Positions 28,727 to 37,938 of a stretch of 39,859 bases of DNA are shown here, in pieces. Source of the stretch: Candidatus Poribacteria bacterium. GTDB taxonomy: Bacteria > Poribacteria > WGA-4E > UBA9662. Under the pieces are notes generated by a model that worked only from the letters and a program-made list of their open reading frames with translations, did not search any database and was not told the origin of the DNA. Made by a program: the position numbers and the translations under genes. Position 1 is the stretch's first letter; each line of letters opens with the position of its first letter. The stretch lies in NCBI GenBank assembly GCA_046582655.1, contig JAYGDX010000374.1, forward strand, positions 1-39,859, given 5' to 3'.

Positions 28727-29806
28727 ATGATTGATAACGCAACTACTCAGGTTTCGAAGTCGACAAATCGCCGAGACTTTATCAAGTCAATGGCAAAAAC
28801 TACGCTAGCTACTTTGATTTCACCAACTATTCTTCGTGCCTCTGACAAAACAGGCAGGCGAAATACTGTTATGGGCACAGGTGCCCATAAATACGAAGCG
28901 ATTCATGGTTGGGGGAACCTACCAGATCATATTCAGTGGGGAAACACTCATGGTATTTGTATCGATGCCAACGGTTTAATTTATATCAAACATCAGTCAG
29001 CAGCCGAAACGGAAATGGATGCTATCGCTGTTTTTGATCCAGAGGGAAAGTTTGTCCGGTCTTTTGGGAAAGAGTATCACGGAGGTGGGCATGGCCTTGA
29101 CATTCGTCAAGAAGGTAACCAGGAATTTCTTTACCTATGTGACATCAAGCACCGGAAGGTTGTAAAGACTGACCTGAAGGGTGAACAACTCTGGAGTTTA
29201 AGCTACCCGGTAGAAGCTAATCTCTATGAAAATGACAAGAAATTTGTGCCAACTAATGTCGCTTTTGCGCCTGATGGTGGCTTTTACGTCGGAGATGGAT
29301 ATGGTTCGCATTATATTCACCAATACGATCAAAATGCAAAATGGATCCGCTCTTGGGGAGGAGAAGGCACTGCCCAAGGAAAGATGAAAACACCACATGG
29401 GTTATGGCTTGATGACCGTCCGGGACGGACTCCCTCATTGGTCGTGGCCGATCGAGCCAATGCCAGACTACAGTATTTTACCCTTGATGGCCAGCACCTT
29501 GGATTTGTTGAAAGTGTTAGCTTTCCGGCTCATTTCGACATTCGCAACACGGATCTATTGGTTCCTGACCTTCACGCGCGGGTAACAATCCTTGACGGTC
29601 AAAACAATGTAATCACTCATTTGGGGTACAATCAAAAGTGGACTGACCAAGTGCTTGACGGCTTCAAAATTAGGACACAACCAGAAACTTGGGAAGAGGG
29701 GCGATTTATTCACCCTCATGATGCCTGTTACGACCAAGATGGCAATATTTTCGTTGCAGAGTGGGTTTCCACTGGGCGGATTACTAAACTTCGTCATCTC
29801 AGCTAG
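28727..29806 (+). CDS. Tat-exported NHL-repeat beta-propeller protein
   Basis: Twin-arginine 'NRRDFIK'; 'PTNVAFAPDGGFYVGDGYG', 'VADRANARLQYF', 'HPHDACYDQDGNIFVAEWV'. Confidence 0.88.
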   Translation: MIDNATTQVSKSTNRRDFIKSMAKTTLATLISPTILRASDKTGRRNTVMGTGAHKYEAIHGWGNLPDHIQWGNTHGICIDANGLIYIKHQSAAETEMDAIAVFDPEGKFVRSFGKEYHGGGHGLDIRQEGNQEFLYLCDIKHRKVVKTDLKGEQLWSLSYPVEANLYENDKKFVPTNVAFAPDGGFYVGDGYGSHYIHQYDQNAKWIRSWGGEGTAQGKMKTPHGLWLDDRPGRTPSLVVADRANARLQYFTLDGQHLGFVESVSFPAHFDIRNTDLLVPDLHARVTILDGQNNVITHLGYNQKWTDQVLDGFKIRTQPETWEEGRFIHPHDACYDQDGNIFVAEWVSTGRITKLRHLS

Positions 29807-30100
29807 TGGCTCACTGGTGTCACGACTCGTATCTAGTTTAGAACTTCTAGTCAGTTAACACACATTTCGATGTATAACATCCCAAGTCTCTTTACTTTTA
29901 GCGCTATTGCTGAAATCGTCAAAAAAAGTGCCGCTGAATCCGACTGAAGCTAAAGAAAATATCCAAAAGGTTATTAGACCTTTCGTTGTTATGTTCATAG
30001 GTTTCATCATCGACAATTTAGGTTGTGCTGTCATTATATATAGGACTAAATACTTTAAATCAGCTAGGAAAAGTTAAGTTTGTTACCAAAATTGTAAGGA

Positions 30101-31735
30101 TCATTCCAATTTTTCACCCTCTATATCCGAAGTTATGGATTTTGAGCGGAGACGAAAGAGCTTCAAATTTGCAGTCTTATGAATGACTTCGTAATCCCTG
30201 ACTAGTAGTTTAGCATCCTCACTTGCACGTGCTGCACGCCAAACAATCCAATAATCAATAGGACCACCTTCATATTTGAACATCCAATGTTTTCCCTTGT
30301 ACTGAAGCGAGCTATACTTGGGTTCATAATTGGAATCGTAAAGGCTCCCATTTCCTAAGCAATAGTATGCAGCCATTTGAAGAAATGGCATAACGTATCT
30401 GACAGGTCCCTGATACGTTTGGCCAACCCAATCCATACCGGGCCTGAGGATAGACACTGTTGAATTAGGTTCAATGAGATGTGAGCCAGAGGTGAACTCG
30501 CGCATTTCTTTGTCGAGTAGGGAATAATCCAGTACTGTCAACCCGAGATGCCAGACAGAAATTAGTAACATAACACCAATCAATCCGCGTTTCAGCCAGA
30601 CATATTTAGGCATAACGAACCAGCCAAGCAGGATAGGAAAGATGTACAAATGAACCCGTTCGTTGATCGCAGAAGGGGGACCATAAGACCACGGTAGCCG
30701 AAAGTAAAGAACAGTTAGTATGATAGCTAAGAGTAGAAATCCATCTCTCACTTCAAAAAACCGTTTTTTACCTATATGCACAATTAGTGTCCAGCCGAGA
30801 CAAAAACTCATTATTCCCAATAAGATCCAAGAGATAACCAGATAACTGTCGTTGAAGTAGACCAGAGATTTCACATTAATGAAATAATCCCACAGGTAGG
30901 CAAAGGGTCGATAACCTACTTGGCGTTGTTCGGGATTAGATAGGAAGATATTAAGCAAAATGAAATACGCTGGAGCGAGGTAGCCGATGAATTGCAATAG
31001 TCTTTTCAAATGTTCACGCCACTGAAACAGATGTCTGAAAAAAGCAACACCTGCTAGAAAGGTCAAGGCAAACATCAGCAACGTATAAGAACTGAAGTGG
31101 GAAAAGTAGGTCACAATCAGCAGAAGGTTTAGCACTGTTGCTTGCTCAATCTGGAAGTCTTCCTTGTGTTTCCACCAATACCCAATTGAGATCAAGCAGA
31201 ATGGAACACTTATGGCAAAGTTATAAAACCCTAGGTGAAATAGATGATTGTAACTGTAAAGAAAACCTAGTAAGGCGAAAAAACGGAGTTGACGATCTAT
31301 TGCGTTGAGCAGATAATAAAAGCTAAATGGGTACAGTAGGACACAGATTGTAGCAAAGATTTTTTCAGCGATAAGTGGTGGGAAAATGTGAAGCGTAACG
31401 AATAGTATGGCATAATCTATCCAATTTGGAAAAAATGTCAGGTTTAGGTCGTAGACTTCATGAAACTTGGTGAATTCTGGGTTTTTCCATTCTTTTAAGA
31501 TGTAGGCATTGTAGACGTGACTGATTCCATCTTGTGTTGGTATAAACTTGAAGCCCCAGATGGGGATGAGATGCAAAAGACTAAGAACTACAATCAACTG
31601 GGCTGGTTGATTTCGTCGAAACCTTTGTAACCACGGTTTGATAGGAGCAGGGTTGTAAACATGTTTTCTTAAGCTACGAAGAACAGAATTGTTGGATACC
31701 TGTTGGGTGCGGGGAGGGGATGGTAAAGGTGCCAT
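30101..31735 (-). CDS. Polytopic membrane protein, probable GT-C fold glycosyltransferase
   Basis: About 10-12 TM segments; first-loop acidic motif 'PTQDGISHVYNA', 'FPNW', 'GFYNF', 'YFSHF', 'INERVHLY'; soluble C-terminal region. Confidence 0.6.
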   Translation of the reverse strand: MAPLPSPPRTQQVSNNSVLRSLRKHVYNPAPIKPWLQRFRRNQPAQLIVVLSLLHLIPIWGFKFIPTQDGISHVYNAYILKEWKNPEFTKFHEVYDLNLTFFPNWIDYAILFVTLHIFPPLIAEKIFATICVLLYPFSFYYLLNAIDRQLRFFALLGFLYSYNHLFHLGFYNFAISVPFCLISIGYWWKHKEDFQIEQATVLNLLLIVTYFSHFSSYTLLMFALTFLAGVAFFRHLFQWREHLKRLLQFIGYLAPAYFILLNIFLSNPEQRQVGYRPFAYLWDYFINVKSLVYFNDSYLVISWILLGIMSFCLGWTLIVHIGKKRFFEVRDGFLLLAIILTVLYFRLPWSYGPPSAINERVHLYIFPILLGWFVMPKYVWLKRGLIGVMLLISVWHLGLTVLDYSLLDKEMREFTSGSHLIEPNSTVSILRPGMDWVGQTYQGPVRYVMPFLQMAAYYCLGNGSLYDSNYEPKYSSLQYKGKHWMFKYEGGPIDYWIVWRAARASEDAKLLVRDYEVIHKTANLKLFRLRSKSITSDIEGEKLE

Positions 31736-31940
31736 TTCCTAATGAAACTTTATTTTGATAATGTCATAAGCATTGGTAATGACAGAAACGCGTTTTATTG
31801 TCATAACAACAGCATAGATTAAAATTTGGCGCAGCATCATTGGAACAACCGAAATTTGGAGTTAGAAAGAAACCAAATTAAAGAGAAAGTCAAGGCAATA
31901 GTCCAATTAATCACTTGAATTGAAGATTGTCAATAATACA

Positions 31941-32714
31941 CTAAAATATTCTATCAATCTGTTTCAGTGAGGCCCAGCATGTTGCTAATTTGTCTCTGGA
32001 GCTAACAGTTAATGCAACGTCAAAGCTTTTCATAATAGTTTTAAGCTCATCTACACTAAGGGCTCGGTTATAAAGAAAAACTTCGTCCATACCGCCAACG
32101 TAAGTTTCTCCACCGTACTTACCCAAGCCCAGAGGGACTGCTACCTGCGTAACTTTTCCCTCTTTCGGACTACTCACGTCCAACTCTCCGTTGATATACA
32201 AGTGTATTTTTTTACTATCATAAATTCCAGTGATATGAGTCCAGACACCTGGTTTGACCTTTTTCTTGCCCCATGCCAGACCAATACCCCTGCATCTGTC
32301 CAAACAGCAAAAACCCAGCCATCCGGGTTCTGTTCTCCACCCGATTGATCTTCCAAGAGATAAGCACCATTCCGACGATGCCCCGTATCGGAAGGCTCAT
32401 CTACACGAAACCATCCTCCAAGACTCATTTGGTTTTTATTAATGCTATCCAGACTCTTTGTAATAGGGACAGTAACGGCCTGCTGGGGTTTAGTTACTAT
32501 ACTGTCACCAAATTTACCGGCTTGGCCAGCTTTCGCACCATTATCAAGAACTCCATGGTTGTTATTGCCTGAGCTTCTTATCTGCTTCGTCATCAAAGAG
32601 CCATAGGCCAACAAGACCTTCACGAAGGTTTGCTTTAACAGATAGGGTACCCAATGCACTCACTACTGCAATAATTATCATACGAGTAGACCAGGCATAA
32701 CAAAACGTTTTCAT
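31941..32714 (-). pseudogene. LamG/ConA-like secreted protein split by two frameshifts
   Basis: GGAGG SD and ATG at 32714: 'MKTFCYAW...VKANLREGLVGLWLFDDE' | 'SSGNNNHGVLDNG...GKFG...FAVWTDAG' | 'IGLAWG...WTHITGIYD...LYINGE...YVGGMDEVFLYNRALS...TVSSRDKLATCWASLK'. Shifts lie near 32575 and 32287. Confidence 0.85.
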
Positions 32715-33169
32715 TAATCAGCTCCTCCAAAATAAAGCTAGAACTTCTAGAAATTTATCTAGAGCGATAAACCTCACCAAGTCGACATGACTAAGTGAGA
32801 AATTGTGCTATATTTCCACAATTTGCAGATTCCAATCCTGCCAATAGTACTTCATAGGATCAGTGGGTGCCCAATCCTGATAGATCTCTTCTCACGCCAA
32901 TCAATTCATATGAGGTGCCAGAGAATCCGACCGGACTGGATGACTCATTGGCTAATAGCGAAAGTCGCACGATACTCTTCAACCTCAATTTAATTGGTGC
33001 TAAGACATATTATATAATGTGCCGATAAAAACTCAACACCAAATTAGATACAAGTGAAATTGTCTATATTAATCGACATTGGACAGATGCATTGTCAGTT
33101 GAGACTAAAAGCAACACAAGGGTCTAAAAGGAAATAGGATCCTTTTAGAGATAAGTGGCGGCGGCCCAA

Positions 33170-34234
33170 AAGTGATTTATTCCGTCTAGGCTCCAGACAT
33201 CGGAAAGGGCCCCTTCACTATGATCTGGCATGACGAGAACCTGTCTTCTAGTTTCGATGTTCCAAACTCTAGCCGTTTTATAATCACTGTCAGTCGCAAT
33301 ATGCTTTCCATCCGGATTTCAGTATGCCGACCTCTTCCGATCCTGATGATCAGTCAGAGTGACAATCCGTTGCCCATTTGGCTCCAGCTGACCAAATAGA
33401 TCAAATCTTCATGGCATGTTGGCATCAACCTAACTCTGGACTCAACCATTGACTTATGTAGAACAGTATTTGAAGTTGGCAGAACCATGCCTCCAGTTTT
33501 ATAGGTTGTTTTCACTGATTTAGTGGCTAACAAAAGACTCAGCTCGGGATCTTTTTCCAACTTAAATAAAGCAAAAGCAGCAAGCGATTGAGCCGCTAAT
33601 CGTCTCAGTTGTTTTTCAAGCTTAGCCTTCTACTAAAAAAAAAAGGAAATTGCTAAAAGAATAATACATTGCGAGCAGTTTACAGCCGCACGGCTAAACG
33701 CTATATATTCGGCATGTAAGTCCGTCGGGTTCGGTCCTTTTGAAAGTCCCTGTGTAAACTATCCTTAATTGACTTGAAGTTCCTGCTTGTTTAGAGTTGA
33801 GCCCTTAGTCTGATGTTGGTATCCATTCAAGGACACGTGTCAATAGACGAGCATGTTCCTGGACATAGTCCAGATCGTTATGAAGTGCATCAATTAGCAA
33901 CTTGAAGTTAGCTTAAAAGTTATCCTTTTAGCTTAGGAAGATCCAATTGTGAGAAGCCATTGAAGTATGAATTCCATTATCAGACACCTCGCGTCATACT
34001 ACAGGTACTAAACGTTTGTTGAGCTTAATGGCATATTCAATCTTTAAAGCACAAATTTCAGAAACTACTGAACCAAGAACTAATAACAAATAGATAAAGT
34101 ATCCACGACTTCAATACTAGTATAGGTTCCTTCTAGCCATTCAGAAGTAGGAGAAATATCCTGCCAATCCATCCAAGGATCACGGTCTTTGGTTTCCAAT
34201 TTCTGTTAGAGGAGGAGATGAATATCTTTGACAC
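33170..34234 (-). pseudogene. TIR domain - TM helix - WD40 repeat protein, heavily decayed
   Basis: Manual translation: 'VSKIFISSS...DPWMDWQDISPTSEWLEG...SVVSEICALKIEYAIKLNKRLVPVV*REV...SHNWIFLS*...LLIDALHNDLDYVQEHARLLTRVLEW...PNPTDLHAEYIAFSR...IILLAISFFF...DPELSLLLA...HEDLIYLVSWS...SAY*NPDGKHIATDSDYKTARVWNIET...DVWSLDG'. Confidence 0.85.
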
Positions 34235-34574
34235 TGCTGATTGTGGAAATCTAGGATTAAAATTTAACAGAATTATTTTAGTACAAGGGGACGGGATTTC
34301 AAGCGTTTAAGATGATTGTTTCCACAGTTTGAACATTGGTAACGGTAGCCATATGTTTGTCTACGAGTGGCATTAATTGCCAGCTAGACATTGATCGGCT
34401 TAAAGATAGGATGGTTGCACTGATTGTCTCGTTTGCCTGTCGCCATTTACATTGTTAACAAGCCTAGGGTAAATATATCTTTGATATGATATTCTTCTAG
34501 TTTATAATGATTTGACCTAACGACCTGAGATTTACATAATCCTAATATCTCTAATTTTTTTAAAGGGATGAAGT

Positions 34575-34892
34575 ATGTACTGCAGAATTACCCGCTACAG
34601 TTTTAAGCCGGAAAAATATAATGAAATGATAGCGTCTGCTGAAGGTCAAAAAGAGAACGAGTAGAAGACTTCAGGCCTTCAATTTGCCTACGTGGGCCGA
34701 GTTAGTGAAAACGAAGTCATAATTATAGCTTGTTACACCAATCAAGAATCAACCACTGCACGCTTTATATCAGTCGTGACTGGCACCCCCTACAACTGGT
34801 GGATACTAAAATTATCTAGCGAATCGGCAGAGAGACAAGTGAACAAACTTAAGGTGGTAGTTGTTTTTCTTTTTAGAAGGGCTAAGGATTAA
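34575..34892 (+). pseudogene. Small dimeric alpha/beta-barrel (ABM-like) protein with an internal stop
   Basis: ATG at 34575 'MYCRITRYSFKPEKYNEMIASAEGQKENE*KTSGLQFAYVGRVSENEVIIIACY' is in frame with ORF 34692; TAG at 34662-34664. Fold inferred from residue pattern only. Confidence 0.5.
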
Positions 34893-34894
34893 CT

Positions 34895-36259
34895 TTGAAG
34901 ATAACAGCGAGTCTATTGATGTACACATCAATATTTATTTTCGTTGTTGGTGAATTGAAAGCTGAAGATTGGCCTCAGTGGCTTGGAATGAATCGGGATG
35001 CCATATGGCGGGAAACCGGAATTATCAACACATTTGATGAGGTTAAACCAAAGCTGATATGGAAGGCAAAGATTGGTGGAGGATACTCAGGTCCGGCTGT
35101 TTCAGGTGGTCGTGTTTTCGTCATGGACCGCGTGGGTCATGATACAGACTTGAAGAACGGTAGTTTGCTGCATGCCGGAGATCCTCCCAAAAACCCCAAC
35201 TTTATCAAGCGCATGTTGCCAGGTTTTGAACGTTTGTTGTGTTTCGACGAGAAAAATGGACAGATTATCTGGGAACATAAATATGATTGCCCATATAGAT
35301 CGGTTGCGATTTATGCCATAGGTCCACGAGTGACACCAACCGTTGATGGAGATCATGTATATACACTTGGGGCTGAAGGCAATTTGTTATGTTTGAAGGT
35401 AGAAACTGGTAACCTGTTATGGTCACGTAATCTTCGTGTTGAATTTGATATCACAACTCCGGAATGGGGATTCTCAGCTCATCCCCTGGTTGATGGAAAC
35501 AAACTGATCTGTATGGTTGGTGGAAAACATTCCACAGTGATAGCTTTTGACAAACTGACGGGGCAGGAAATATGGCGTAGCGGTAACGCTCGACAACCAG
35601 GATATTGCGCGCCGGTAATCTACACGCTAGGTGGAGAACGTCAACTGATAGTATGGGATAGTGACCAGTTACGTGGTCTCAATCCGGAGACAGGGAGAGC
35701 CTACTGGGAAGTGGACGTCAAACCAACGTTTGCGATGTCCATTGGGGTTCCTCAACATGAAGGAAACAGGTTGTTCGTGATGGGTTACTCTCATGTATCA
35801 GCCATGATCGAGGTGGCCGAAAATGGAAATAGTGCTGAGGTTATTTGGAGAGGTGATACTACACGTGGCATCGGAGGTGTTTTCAACACGGCTGTCATTC
35901 GAGATGGTCATGTTTATGGCTGTGGGCAAAATGGCCGATATATATGTATTAGGCTAGAGGACGGTAAGCGTAGGTGGTCTACGTTTGAACCATCAACTGG
36001 TTACCGTCCATCCAGTTGGGCAAACGTATTCACCGTTCAGAATGGTGAGAATTACTGGTTGTTCAATGATTTGGGGGATGTGGTGATTGCGAAAATGAAT
36101 CCGCAAGGATTTCAGATGATTAGCAAAACACATTTGATTGAACCAACACATCGGGTTGGCAACCGAATGGTGGTATGGTCCCATCCTGCTTTGGCTAATG
36201 CGTGTGTTTTCATTCGAAACGATAAGGAAATCCGTTGTTATAACGTGGCACAACAATAA
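34895..36259 (+). CDS. Secreted PQQ-like (BamB-type) beta-propeller protein
   Basis: Signal peptide then 'AEDWPQWLG.NRD', 'IGGGYSGPAV', 'GPRVTPTVDGD.VY', 'WSHPALAN..VFIRND'. Confidence 0.88.
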   Translation: MKITASLLMYTSIFIFVVGELKAEDWPQWLGMNRDAIWRETGIINTFDEVKPKLIWKAKIGGGYSGPAVSGGRVFVMDRVGHDTDLKNGSLLHAGDPPKNPNFIKRMLPGFERLLCFDEKNGQIIWEHKYDCPYRSVAIYAIGPRVTPTVDGDHVYTLGAEGNLLCLKVETGNLLWSRNLRVEFDITTPEWGFSAHPLVDGNKLICMVGGKHSTVIAFDKLTGQEIWRSGNARQPGYCAPVIYTLGGERQLIVWDSDQLRGLNPETGRAYWEVDVKPTFAMSIGVPQHEGNRLFVMGYSHVSAMIEVAENGNSAEVIWRGDTTRGIGGVFNTAVIRDGHVYGCGQNGRYICIRLEDGKRRWSTFEPSTGYRPSSWANVFTVQNGENYWLFNDLGDVVIAKMNPQGFQMISKTHLIEPTHRVGNRMVVWSHPALANACVFIRNDKEIRCYNVAQQ

Positions 36260-36727
36260 CAAACGGCTTCCGTCCCCTTTAAAGTTGTGAATTCTACTGA
36301 ATTAGTTTTTGCTGGGTTAGTACCAATAGACTGTTCATGTTGTTCCTCCGTTATACCGACAGGGATATGTGCTAAACATTAGTTCAACTCTCAATATTTA
36401 AATTCGCAACAACTTGTCTTAAAATTACCTAATTTTATCGATTGACAGACTGAATGACAGGAAGAATTCCAAATGGCGCAAAAACGGAAAGGAAATCCAC
36501 GCCGTCTATTTCTCAAACCCTCGTTTTAAGCTTACAACCTACTTGCTTCTTATATCCAACACTCAAGGTGTTGAGGAAACTCCCAGTTAAACCGTAGAGC
36601 CATTCGATCCAAATCTCGATGATGACCTTACCTCCACACACTAATATTTACTTTCCCTCTGCAAAAGGTGACACCATTTATATTCTTCAACAATGATTAA
36701 ATGTCTGTTTAAAGGAGTGAAATACAG

Positions 36728-37831
36728 ATGAAAATTACCAAACTCGAGACGTTTCTGATTGCACCTCGTTGGTTGTTTCTGCGGGTACACACTGACGAAG
36801 GGATCGTTGGCTTAGGAGAGCCATACCTTGAAGGACGCGCTACTACCTCTGCTGAAGCAGTCAGAGAACTCGAAGATTATCTCATTGGTCAGGATCCAAG
36901 GCGAATTATTCATCATTGGGAGGCAATGTATAGACAGCCCTGCTATCATGGTGGTGCCATTATGATGAGTGCAATTAGTGGTGTTGAGATAGCGCTTTGG
37001 GACATTCTGGGCAAAAGTGTCGGCCTGCCGGTGTGGCAGTTGCTAGGTGGCCGAGCACGGGATCGCATTCGACTGTACAAGGGGGGTGGTTCGGTCGAAC
37101 AAATTAAAGAGGACGTTGCGCGCGGGTTCAAAGGTTTCAAGATTGGTCTTTCTGGCGAACACCGACCAAGAATCCATGCGACAAAGGAGTTCATTGATAC
37201 AGCTGTCTCCACCCTAGGAGAGATCCGAGATGCCGTGGGCCCCTCCATCGACATTGCAGTCGATTTGCATGGGGCATTTCTACCTGCTGCTGCTGTTCCA
37301 ATCATCAAGGCATTGGAACCATTGCATCCTGCATGGATTGAAGATCCATGCCAGTGCGAGAACTACGATGAAATGGCGCGGATTGCCCAAGGTACCAGCA
37401 TTCCGATTGCGGCAGGCGAGCGTGTTTTTACACGTTGGGCGTTTCGGGAACTTCTGGAGCGCGGTGCAGCCAAGATCTTGAATCCCGACCCTTCGCATGT
37501 AGGAGGTATCTTTGAGACGCGTTTCATCGCGGCAATGGCGGAGATGCACTATGCAGGTGTCACACCGCACTGTCCACTTGGGCCCATCGCACTGGCAGCT
37601 TGTCTGCAACTTGATGCAATGATGCCAAACTTCGTATCTCAGGAACATGTAACACTCGGCCAAGGCTACCTCAAAGAACCTTTTGTTCCGGTCGATGGCT
37701 ACCTGCCGATTCCTGATAAGCCGGGATTAGGTATTGAACTTGATGATGAGGCCATCGCGGACAAAATCGGCGCTATTTTCCGCCCCCAAGCTCCTTTGCA
37801 TCCAGAAGATGGAACAGTTATTGATTGGTAG
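36728..37831 (+). CDS. dgoD: Galactonate dehydratase-like enzyme (mandelate racemase/enolase superfamily)
   Basis: 'MKITKLETF..APRWLFL', 'MSAISGVEIALWDILGK', metal ligands in 'VDLHG', 'IEDP', 'AGER', and 'PHCPLGPIALAACLQ'; AAGGAG SD. Confidence 0.8.
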   Translation: MKITKLETFLIAPRWLFLRVHTDEGIVGLGEPYLEGRATTSAEAVRELEDYLIGQDPRRIIHHWEAMYRQPCYHGGAIMMSAISGVEIALWDILGKSVGLPVWQLLGGRARDRIRLYKGGGSVEQIKEDVARGFKGFKIGLSGEHRPRIHATKEFIDTAVSTLGEIRDAVGPSIDIAVDLHGAFLPAAAVPIIKALEPLHPAWIEDPCQCENYDEMARIAQGTSIPIAAGERVFTRWAFRELLERGAAKILNPDPSHVGGIFETRFIAAMAEMHYAGVTPHCPLGPIALAACLQLDAMMPNFVSQEHVTLGQGYLKEPFVPVDGYLPIPDKPGLGIELDDEAIADKIGAIFRPQAPLHPEDGTVIDW

Positions 37832-37938
37832 CCCCTAGACGACTAGAGTATAACGAACAATCCTAGGTACAATTAAAACGCCTCCTTGAATTCTATCTTT
37901 CAGTCACAACGAAACATGATTTTAAGTAAACTTACAGG

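Noticed and set aside
32805..32993. 62-aa ORF and a minus-strand Trp-rich scrap ('EIYQDWAPTDPMKYYWQDWN')
   Set aside because: No family recognised and multiple stops in the minus-strand frames; cannot be supported as a gene.
158..34664. Amber (TAG) readthrough or recoding, suggested by many in-frame TAGs (158, 7444, 16296, 17206, 31739, 34662)
   Set aside because: Intact genes end properly at TAG (e.g. 9270, 26636, 29806, 37831), and most of the same wrecks also carry TGA/TAA stops, frameshifts or deletions.
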